The translations under genes and the position numbers were made by a program. The notes under the pieces are model-generated. The model was not told the origin of the DNA. It saw only the letters and a list, made by a program, of their open reading frames with translations, and searched no databases. This document shows, in pieces, positions 11,458 to 22,648 of a stretch of 64,000 bases of DNA. This stretch comes from Octopus sinensis (taxonomy: Eukaryota). The DNA lies in assembly GCF_006345805.1 (NCBI RefSeq), contig NC_043005.1:86986001-87050000 (forward strand), in the 5' to 3' direction. Positions within the stretch are counted from its first letter, which is position 1, and the number at the start of each line of letters is the position of its first letter.

Positions 11458-12200
11458 GTATGTAGGTAGGTATGTAGGTAGACTTTTGTGTAGTTGTGTG
11501 TCCCTTTGCATGTCTGTAGAGGAAGTATGTGAGTGCGTGTGGATGCATGTGTGCGCGTGTATGTATATGTTGTGTGCATGTGTTTTGTGTGTGTACGTGT
11601 ATGTATATGTTATGCGTGTGGTGTGAGTGCATGCGTCTGTGTCTGCGTGTGTGTGCATGTGTGTGTGGTGTGTATTCTGAGAACGTGTGTATATGGGCCT
11701 GTGTGTATATGTGTGCGCGTGGTTGTGTGTGTGGAGATATATGTTTCTTCCTGTGTGTTTGTGCGTGTGCGTGTGTATATGTGTATGTGCGATTGTATAT
11801 GTGCGTGCGTGGAATTCTGCGTGTGTATGTGGGTTGTGGTGCGTGCGTATGCATGTGTGCGTGTGTCTATGTGCGTAGGTATATGTGTGTCCGTGGGGTT
11901 ATCTGTGGCGGTATATGTGCGTTCCTGTGTGCATACGTGCGCGTGTGTGCGTGCGTGTGTGCCCGTGATTGTGTCTATGAGCGTGTATGCGCGTGTATAT
12001 GCGTGTGTGTATGCGTATGTGTATGAGAGTGTTTGCATGCGTGTATGATTGTGTGTGCTTGCATGTACGTATATATGTGTGTGTATGTATGTGTGTGTGG
12101 GAGGTATATGTCAGGTATATGTGCGTTCATCAGTGTGTGCGTGCGAATAGGTGTGCGTGTCTGTGTATATGTACGTGTGAGTATGTGTGCGTGTATATAG
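11395..12200. repeat. (GTAT)n followed by long imperfect (GT)n low-complexity tract
   Basis: Direct observation. Confidence 0.9.
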
Positions 12201-12519
12201 AAGTAAAATAAAATATAAGATTCATGAAAATTAATATTATTGCATAAAAAGATACAAAAAATAACTGAGACCAGATAAAAAATAAAAAATTTAAATTTAA
12301 AAAATTAAAAGTATAAAATAGAAATTAATACAATTGTTAAAAAATTATAAAAAAAAAGTAATACAATTAAGAAATTAAAATATAAAAAAACTAATACAAT
12401 TAACAAGATTAAAATATTCTACGGAAAAAAACGAAACAAAATTGAAAAATAGCATAAACAGTGTAAAAAAATGAATAGGTATAAGATAGGATACAATAAG
12501 ATAAAATTTGCTTTTTAAG

Positions 12520-13230
12520 GAGGATGTAGAGACTCATGGACAGGAGGGGGTTGTGTTGAGTCCGGGAAGTGTTTTTATTTGCAGACCAAAAATGTAACGC
12601 TGTTCAAGTCGGAGTCGGGAGTGTGTGGATCCGTGGTGGAGGGCGAGGGCGAAGACGGAGATATCAGTGGTGGAGTGGTTGGCCAATCGAAATTGACGAA
12701 TGAAGGAGGTGTCCGTACGTAGCCGAACATCTTGTAGATGCTCGGTGAACCGGCTGGCTAGCCGGCGGCCCGTCTGGCCAACGTAGAGTTTGTTGCTGAG
12801 ATTATGTCTAATGCAATAGATAAGGCTGGAAGAAAGGCAGGAAAAGGAGTTTTTAATGTGGAGGGTGTGGTGTGCTGGTTGGTTTCTGTGTGGGAAGTGG
12901 TGTTGGTGATGAAAGGGTAGATGCGGCAGTGGGATCTAGAACAAAGAAAGGATACGGGTGGGGCTGGGATGGAAGAATATAAGTTGCTACGGGCAGGTAG
13001 ATCACGTAGGTTACGGGCGCTTTTAAAGGAGAGTAAGGATGGACTGGGTAATTGGTTTGAGGAAAGAAAGAGGGCGATTCTGCGATCGATTATACAAGCA
13101 CAGGCAAGGGCATTTTGGGCAAGGGTGGATGGGTATCCCCGATACAGCGACTGGGTCTCGAAATCCTGGTTCCGGCTGCACAAGCGTCGGAGGCGGAGGT
13201 GCTGGGCGTAGGATGATATATATAAATATG
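12520..13230 (-). mobile_element. 3' fragment of a Neptune-like Penelope element (RT thumb end plus GIY-YIG)
   Basis: YAQHLRLRRLCS..RGYP, CSRSHCRI.PF, then in another frame KLYVGQTGRRLASRFTEH...RLRLEQRYIFGL..LPGLN. Confidence 0.82.
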
Positions 13231-13810
13231 TGAAAAAATACACATTACGCGCAGGACATTACCAACGAGTGAAAAATGCGTAAACACACGGGAGATAAGT
13301 ACAGGACAAAATACCGAATCATACACAATAAGTGCAGGACATCAGCACCGTGTGAAAAATACAGTCAACAACTGATGGGCGAGTTATCTTCTTTTTGTAT
13401 TTCGTCATTTTACTTATCTCCTGTACTTAATGTATATTTTTCATTTCTTTATAATCGAACGCAATGCAACTTTATTTATCCACAGTAATTTCATGCATTT
13501 ATATATATGTGTGTGTGTGAGTGTGTGTGTGTGTATTTAGGGCTAAAAAAACACTATGTGGACAGCCATATGCTAGAAGAAGATCATATACGATCTAACT
13601 AGAAAGAAAAAATGTTCACCAGTGAATATAAATCGAACACCAGAACATAGGCGGGCAAGACAAATGAAGATTATATAAAAACCGTATACCGGTTCCTTCT
13701 ACTACCGAATAAATTACTTACGTATATATATATATGTCTGTGTGTGTGTGTGCGTGCACGCGTGTGCATGTGTGTGTCTGTTTGTGTGTGTGTACGTATA
13801 TATATGTATA

Positions 13811-13850
13811 CACAGACATGCAGGAAGTAAATAGACACCTCTAATTTTCA
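13811..13850 (+). mobile_element. Solo TIR of the Tc1 family at 10809
   Basis: TA-cacagacatgcaggaagtaaatagacacctctaattttca. Confidence 0.7.
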
Positions 13851-14436
13851 TTTATAATCGAGGAGATATGGATTTATCTGGGGGTGGATAATAGCATTTT
13901 GGTGGCTATATCTAACCCTAATCCTAACCAAAACCCTAAATATATTGAGCGAGTGTATGCGTGTGTGTGTGTGTGTATCTAAGTGTGAGTTGCGTTCGTT
14001 TATGTGTAGATGTGAAAGTGATAATTGAAGTTGTTAAGCATTAATACATTACAACGTAAGTCTTTGCCACAATTCATAGCACATGCTTTTATTTTACTTG
14101 ATTTTACTTCTTTTTTTTTGAGAGGCATTAAAAGCGATAAAGAAATCAAAAGTTGACTCTGTTCCAAGTAGGCCTTACTCTTGAGCAATTGTTCGCGTTT
14201 TCTGAATGAAGTGATTAACGTAAAGCCAAAATATTTGCTGGACGTTTGCCTCTGGACATTTAAGTGTTCCAGCAATGTGTGGGTCCAGATAGGTTCCGTG
14301 ATAAAAGAACGTTTGTTTTGTAGCTTGGTGTGAAAGTATTATTGATGATGTTTATGATGAACTGAACAATGAAAGAAATTTAAAAAGAGCACTACAATTT
14401 GTTTTGGTATTATTGTTGTTGTTATTATTATTATTA

Positions 14437-14498
<62 letters not shown>

Positions 14499-14499
<1 letters not shown>

Positions 14500-14742
14500 T
14501 CTACGTTTGACTTTTGCTTTACATTTCTACAAGTTGGCTTCAAGTCTCACCCAGAGACCTCAAGAGACAACAGGTTGGAAGTTCGTGTTGTTGTTATACC
14601 TAGGGTGCCATATATTTGGTTTTGTATTTAGTATTGTACTAGTGAATGTCTAAAAAAAAGAAAATTATGTTTGTGTTAAAACTTGAGATTACATAGAAAG
14701 TATTTTGCGTAGGATATGAGCAGTTCCCATGAGCACTATCTA
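14499..14742 (-). mobile_element. 3' end of an R4/Dong-like (RLE) non-LTR retrotransposon
   Basis: IVLMGTAHILRKILSM* then 3' UTR and (AAT)n; same family as 63600-64000. Confidence 0.8.
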
Positions 14743-14792
14743 TGGTTATTATTGTTGTTTTTATTATTATTATTATTATTATTATATTATTA

Positions 14793-14831
<39 letters not shown>

Positions 14832-14893
14832 CATTATTATTATTATTATTTATTATTATTATTATTTTTATTATTATTATTATTATTATTATT

Positions 14894-15050
14894 GAGTGAG
14901 AGAACAGTGCATGCCATCAAGGTGACACTGAGGTTAAATATACGAAGCCCAGTATACCCACCATGACTACCCGTCTTATAAGGGTACACCAGGCACATGC
15001 ATCACAACCATATGTGCACGACATGGTGATCTCATATCAAGATAAAGAAG
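14894..15050 (-). mobile_element. 3' end of a retroposon with (AAT)n tail (14745-14893)
   Basis: ..gtgtcaccttgatggcatgcactgttctctcactc-(aat)n; recognised as a common repeat, family not assigned. Confidence 0.5.
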
Positions 15051-15077
15051 GAAGAAGAGAGGAAGACGAGAAAGAAA

Positions 15078-15196
15078 AAGAAGAAGAAGAAGAAGAAGAA
15101 GAAGAAGAAGAAGAAGAAGAAGAAGAAGAAGAAGAAGAAGAAGAAGAAGAAGAAGAAGAAGAAGAAGAAGAAGAAGAAGAAGAAGAAGAAGAAGAA
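15078..15196. repeat. (GAA)n microsatellite
   Basis: Direct observation; source of the poly-E ORF. Confidence 0.95.
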
Positions 15197-15224
15197 TTTT
15201 GTCACCGGGTCAGCAATTTCGGGA

Positions 15225-15545
15225 TTAATGATTACAATGATCCCAGTGCTTAGCTGTTATTTTGACTGCGCAAAGTCGACCTCGAAGGCATTTGAACCCA
15301 GATAGTAACAACAGAACAAATGCTGCTACGCATGTTCTGCGTGATAACCATTCTTTTGAAATATGGTAAAAAGCACGCAAAGGGAGTAAGTTGATTACAT
15401 CACTTCTAGTGTTCAGCTAATTCTTATTTTATTGGCCCTGAATGATTGGATAGCACAGGACCCCTCGACAGCATTTGAACGTAGAAGGTCAGGTAGGAAG
15501 AAATACCGGTAAGCACTTCGTTGGACGCTGTAACCATTCTGTCAG
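15225..15545 (-). mobile_element. Two old partial copies of the tRNA-SINE family
   Basis: gcaaagtcgacctcg..atttgaac and similar B-box segments match 9950-10179 in reverse. Confidence 0.55.
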
Positions 15546-16313
15546 TTCTCTGAGATGAAACAATGGAAACGTTTATAAACTTTAAAACCGAAATAGGGGA
15601 AAGCAGCCGATTGCTTTCAATCAAGTACATGCGAATTGTATAACAATAGTACAACCGATTATACAGAAACAGCGAAAGATTTTATTGTCAGCCACTATGG
15701 CAAAATTTTTGCCGAACAGCCTTGGGTTTTCTTATTAGATCAAATCAAGAGTTGCAGTGATAAGGGACATGTTACAAAACCTCAGCTACTTAAAATATAT
15801 ACTTATGTATTTCTTGAGAGGATTAAACTAATAGAATTAAGATTAGATGTTGGATTGCTATCGTTCTTTTTCTTATTTTTGCTGGGATTATCAATTTCAA
15901 TTCCGCTCGAACAGGGAATATTATAAACAGATCAGCGGGTTAGAATAAGTTATAATCTTCAATAAGATTTTGTATCAAAATTATTAGATACAAATCCCTC
16001 TAGCAGCGTTGAAATCTTTTAAACAAGAATGACGGGAGATAACTGCTGTACGGTAAATTCATCAGAATTTGGAATTAAATATATGACGCATTTTCAATTA
16101 CCTGTTATCATTTAATTCAAAGGGTAAATAGAATGACTGTGTTGTAATAACATTAGACGCTTCCTATGAAGGATATTAGGAATATCATTAATAATTATAG
16201 GTATACAAGTATGTGATTAGTTTGTGTATGTATCTATATGTATTTATGCATGTTATTACTTCCCTTGGGCATGGCGATACTACTAATCTGGTAGCATAAT
16301 AATAATAATAATT

Positions 16314-16346
<33 letters not shown>

Positions 16347-16437
16347 GAGGGAATATTATTCCAAACTTACAGGGAAAAATTCAATTTATAAATACTAAAT
16401 CAAATTTCACAAAATATAATATATATATATATATAGG

Positions 16438-16449
<12 letters not shown>

Positions 16450-16485
<36 letters not shown>

Positions 16486-16552
16486 ATATATATATATATG
16501 TATATATATATATATGTGTGTATGTGTGTGTGTGTGTGTGTATGTATGTATG

Positions 16553-16587
<35 letters not shown>

Positions 16588-16781
16588 TAGATAAAAAACA
16601 CATTTTATCAATTCAAAAACGAAAAAATTAAATTATACAATTTAGAAAAAAATTACATCTTATACAAAAATTAAATATAAGTTAAAAACATACACCAATG
16701 ATTCAGTAATGTGCTAAATAATAAATGAATAAATAATTTTTTCATTGTTGAATTGATAACACACCACACACACACACACAC

Positions 16782-16828
<47 letters not shown>

Positions 16829-17070
16829 GTGTGTGTATGTGTGTGTGTGTGTATGTATGTATGCCTATATATATATATATATATATATATAAATTAGATA
16901 AAAAACACATTTTATCAATTCAAAAACGAAAAAATTAAATTATACAATTTAGAAAAAAATTACATCTTATACAAAAATTAAATATAAGTTAAAAACATAC
17001 ACCAATGATTCAGTAATGTGCTAAATAATAAATGAATAAATAATTTTTTCATTGTTGAATTGATAACACA
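16450..17070. repeat. ~308-bp tandem duplication
   Basis: 16582-16760 is essentially identical to 16890-17068. Confidence 0.85.
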
Positions 17071-17109
17071 CACACACACACACACACCACACACACACAC
17101 ACACGCATA

Positions 17110-17159
<50 letters not shown>

Positions 17160-17289
17160 AAAACCAATACATTCAGCTTTAAAACTGTGGTGATGCTAGG
17201 TCACTAACTTTGGCTGTGCTTCATCAGTATTTGAACACTTTTCTGATATATGGCTTTTGTTGAATGAGGGACTTTGATGCTGGTGCCCT

Positions 17290-17600
17290 CATCTATGATT
17301 CCTGTCGTGAGGTAGGTTCATCTGGAACACTTGACAGGAGAAGATACTGTTTTGTTTTGAAAATACCCACACTATGCAGGCCTCTCAGGCATTTTGGAAG
17401 GATATTGAAGAGCTGTGAGCCTCTGAACCCCACGCTGTTGCAGTACTGGTCCTGTATTTTGATGATGATGCTGAGATCTTTGGCACTATGCGGAGACGCT
17501 CTGTTCTGCTGTTTGTGTAATGCCAAAGTTTGGTTCAAAGCCTTCCAGGATTTTCCAGATGTAAATCACTGCATATTATTGCCACCTTCGTTCTACGGAG
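17290..17600 (-). mobile_element. 3' fragment of a CR1-group LINE related to 34500-37390
   Basis: YCNSVGFRGSQLFNILPKCLR...SVPDEPTSRQE versus YCDSLGFRGPQLFNILPKNLR...GVPDEPTSRQE. Confidence 0.85.
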
Positions 17601-17836
17601 AAGAGTTTTAACTTTTTCAGTATTTCCCAATAGCTGATAAGTTGCACCGAGAGGATTTCGTTTGTGTAGCTACGTTCGATTGCTTCGAGTTCCACCTTTA
17701 ATTTTACATTCTGTGGTGACCGTAGTGCAAACGACTGAGGTCATATACCTTCCAAATAACCATAATTTTCTCCTGTTCTCTCGTTTTGAAAGTTCAAAGG
17801 ATACAGCCAGCTAATAGTCTGCGCTATATAAATATG

Positions 17837-17896
<60 letters not shown>

Positions 17897-17909
17897 TATA
17901 TATATAATA

Positions 17910-20900
17910 TAATAAATATTAGGGAATAAATCCAAATTTACAGGGAAAAAAATCAGATTTAGGATTAAATCCAATTTTATAGTAAAATATTATAAAATAT
18001 TATTAGAGACAAAACCACTATTTTGCAAAACAAACAAGGAAAAGCCTTAATCAATACATAAAATTTTAATAAATAGTCAAAAATACCGCCACTACAATCG
18101 TTTCTTGTCTTGATCGACAATCTTCAGGTGGACTTCCAATCTAAAAAATCATATTTTAAAATAATTAAAGTATGAATGAAAAAATATAAGTATATAATCC
18201 ATATATAACCTATATATAATCCATATATAATCAATATATAAACAATATATAAACTAAAAAAAACCTATCAACAATTAAATATAAAATATAAAATATAAAA
18301 TATAAAATATAAAATATAAAATATAAAACAAAACAAAAAAATAAAAAAATAATAATAATATAATAATAAACTATATATACACCCATACACATATACCTAA
18401 TTATATATAACCATAACTAACTACATACACTAAATCACACACCTATATATATATCCCTATACATACACATAAAAACGTCTAGGCAACTATAAATAAATAA
18501 AAATAGCTAAATACTTCAACACAATACTTATTCATACTAACACACACACACCACATACAACCCACATTCACGCTCTAGAAAACGGACATCACTCAAAACT
18601 ATGAACGGAGAAATGGAATAAATGGAATTAAAAATTATATTCACTTGGTAAAACGAACACTACTTAAAAATTATGAATGAAACAATGCAATAAAACAACA
18701 GACATCGCAAATAGACACAAATTACTACGAAATCCTTAACAAACCTACCATGATAAACCAAAACTCATAAAAACATATAATGATAAAATCTCCCTTTACT
18801 AAACTCTATAACAAACCTATATAGCAATCCCCCTAACCTAAACATTCACACACACGTAAACCACACACCCACGACATATACAAATACCCACACCACTTAC
18901 ACATACCAATACATACATATAAACCTCAACATATACTCCAAAAACCCACTCAACCCCACACAGACAAATAAACACAAAAATTATGAATGGATTCTTTTAT
19001 AAAACTACCATGATAAGCTAAAACTCACAAACAGAAATGATAAAACCTCCCTTTACTAAACACTATAACATACTTATATAGCAATCCTTTAACCTATACA
19101 TTCACACACACAAAACACACACGTAACCACACACCCATAACAAATACAAACACCCACCCCACTCACACACACCCACAAGTACATATAAGCCTCAACATAT
19201 ACACCAAACAAAATTACTTTACCAAGGAACTTAACATATGTATAAAAGTATAACCGCTCTGGAAACGAACATCTCTAAATTAATGAATGGAGAAATGGAA
19301 TAAATGGAATTAAAAATAATATTCACGTGGCAAAAGAACACCACTCAAAAATTATGAAGAAACAATGTAATAAAACAACCAACATCGAAAATAGACAAAT
19401 TACCACGAATTCCCTAAAAAAACCATGATAAACCAAAACTCTTAAAAACATATAACGATAAAATCTCCCTTTGCTAAACTCTATAACAAACCTATATAGT
19501 AATCCCCCTAACCTAATCATTCACACACAAATACACACACGTAAACCACAGACCCACGACTTATACACATACCTATACTAACTTATAAACCTCAATATAC
19601 ACCAAAACCCACTCCCTCCCCACACAGACAAATTAACACATACATCCCAAAACCTAAATAACAAACCCATATACACATTCACACACAAACACACACACAC
19701 ACGCAAAACACACACACACAACAGATACATATACTCCCTCACATATACGCATATACATACTCACTAAACTCGATATATACAACAATATTTACACACCCAC
19801 ACTCATACAGATAAATAAATTATACAACTAAAAACTCACACACAATCTCATATACATAAACACTCCTATGAAAACAACATTAAATACATCGTAATTAACC
19901 AGAATATCAAAAATAGCAATATGACATAAGGATAAATAAAATACATACTTACAAGTCAGTTTCAAATTATGAAGTGAAATAAATTCTTAGCCGTTAAAAA
20001 AATCAAACCAAAATTACGTTACCATAGAAATAACTTATGTAAAAAAAGAATACGCGCATGGAAAGTAAACGTCATTTAAATTATGAATGGAGAAATAGAA
20101 TAAATGGAACTAAAAACTATATCCACGTGCAAACCAACACTACTTAAAAAAATTTATTATGAATGGATTCTTTAAAAAACTACCATGAAAAATCATTATA
20201 TACATTTATGAGCTTTAGCTCACCTTAGCAGCCCTAACAAACAACTTGCAGTAACCCAAAACCATTCTCTATGCCTACCTCACTACTACACTATTCCATT
20301 CACAATTCCAAGCAACGCTAGTCCACCACCCGGTTATTCACGTGGCAAAACGAACACCACTCAAAAATTATGAATGAAACAATGTAATAAAAAACCAACA
20401 TCGAAAATAGACAATTACCACGAATTCCCTAAAAAAATGATAAACCAAAACTCATAAAAACATATAACGATAAAATCTCCCTTTGCTAAACTCTATAACA
20501 AACCTATATAGCAATCCCCCTAACCTAAACATTCACACACAAATACACACACGTAAACCACAGACCCACGACTTATACACATACCTATACTAACTTATAA
20601 ACCTCAATATACACCAAAACCCACTCCCTCCCCACACAGACAAATTAACACATACATCCAAAACCTAAATAACAAACCCATATACACATTCACACAAAAC
20701 AACACACACACGCAAAACACACACACACAACAGATACATACTCCCTCACATATACGCATATACATACTCACTAAACTCGATATATACAACAATATTTACA
20801 CACCCACCCACTCATACAGATAAATAAATTATACAACTAAAAACTCACACACAATCTCATATACATAAACACTCCTATGAAAACAACATTAAATACATCG

Positions 20901-21400
20901 TAATTAACCAGAATATCAAAAATAACAATATGACATAAGGATAAATAAAATACATACTTACAGTCAGTTTCAAATTATGAAGTGAAATTAAATTCTTAGC
21001 CGTTAAAAAAAACAAACCAAAATTACGTTACCATAGAAATAACTTATGTAAAAAAAAGAATACGCGCCATAGAAAGTAAACGTCATTTAAATTATGAATG
21101 GAGAAATAGAATAAATGGAACTAAAAACTATATCCACGTAGCAAACCAACACTACTTAAAAAATTTATTATGAATGGATTCTTTAAAAAACTACCATGAA
21201 AAATCATTATATACATTTATGATTTAGCTCACCTTAGCAGCTCTAACAAACAACTTGCAGTAACCCAAACCTATTCTCGATGCCTACCTCACTACCACAC
21301 TAATCCATTCACAATTCCAAGCAACGCTAGTCCACCACCCGGTTACAATTCCCAACTCCACCCATTCATTCACAATTTCAACGACGTTCACCTCCACAGC
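17910..21400 (-). repeat. 3' pLTR (copy A), with ~1-kb internal tandem duplication 19320-20338 / 20338-21345
   Basis: Direct sequence comparison with copy B; plus strand is almost G-free (A/C-rich). Confidence 0.85.
18089..18131 (-). ncRNA. Minimal type I hammerhead ribozyme
   Basis: CCAC-CUGAAGA-UUGUC gaucaa GACAA-GAAAC-GAUU-GUA/GUGG. Confidence 0.9.
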
Positions 21401-22648
21401 GATACATATATGCCTCAACATATACACCGGAGATACACTTACACATCCGTGCGGATGGGTGAGAGTATACATTGAGTGTAGTGATGGGGCTCCCATTACT
21501 ATACACATTTGTACCTGTGTGGTAGTCTCCATGTGTATATTCACGCACGGGTATAAATACAGGGGGTACACGCGCACGTCATTTGCGTGTACCCCCTCAC
21601 ATGTACATATGCATGCTATTTGGGCTCGATATATGCAACAATGTAATCGCGCCCGCATACATGCATATGGGCGAATTGCACAATCAAAAAACGCACGTGT
21701 ATGTGTGCGTTCCCTGGTTGTGCAATTCACCCATCTGGGTGTGAGTGGGTGTAAGCGTATCGCTGTGGATGTCGAGCTTGATACGTATGTATATGAGTGT
21801 GTATTAGGGGGTTGTACGTATTAATTGTGTGCATGTGCTTCACGCACTTGCGTCCATGTATGGATGAATATATTGGGATTACTATGTGGGTGTAAATTGG
21901 GTATGGAGGGGGGAGTTTTGTCATTGTATGGGTGGGGTTTCATTTGTGATGGTGGTTAGTTGGTGATTTTTAGTATGTTCTGTATATTTGGGTTAGTTAT
22001 GTATTATTCTAGTAATTGTATACATATAATGTATTACAGTAGTTATGTGTATATATAATTTTTGGATGTATGTGGTTTATTACATGTGGTTGGGGGGAGT
22101 GTGCTGGTGGTGTATATGAGCTGAGGCTCACATGCAATTCCAGGTACAGCGAATGAAGTGGGCACTTATATTTGTTATGGGTGTGTGTACTTTATTATAA
22201 CAGACAATACCCAAATAAAATCTGTCAATTCAACATACCAAATAAAAAACAAAAACAAAGGGATCTTAAACATTCACACCTACATACAAAAATCAATAAA
22301 AACACCACTAAATAATACCCATAAACATATAAATATATCCTCCAAAATACAATAACAAATGCATAATAAAAATACATAATAAAATAAAATAAAAATAAAA
22401 ATTAAAAAATTAAAAAATTAAAAAAATAAAAAAATATATAAATAAAGAAAAAAAAAATCTAATATAAATTATTAAAGTTTTAACGTACCATAAACTGTTA
22501 AATTAATATACATTAAAAATGAACTAATTAAAACAAAGAAATATCAATAAAGACTAACTAAAATTAAAGCCTAGACAACATAACCAAAAATATATTATCT
22601 AAACTAATTTAAACTAAACTAAAGTAACCTAAAAGGGAACTATTATTG

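Noticed and set aside
11369-12211. Long Cys/Val- and His/Thr-rich ORFs
   Set aside because: Translations of (GT)n/(GTAT)n microsatellite; the same applies to the many YI, CV and LS repeat ORFs elsewhere, including 62708-63331.
13910-13940. Interstitial telomere (TAACCC-like)
   Set aside because: Only about 4 imperfect units; typical of transposon-internal motifs.
14963-15253. Poly-Glu ORF
   Set aside because: (GAA)n microsatellite between repeat fragments; no exon context.
18577-21180. CRISPR-like repeat-spacer array
   Set aside because: Eukaryotic context, irregular spacing, spacers homologous to each other, no cas genes. Kept only as a motif array.
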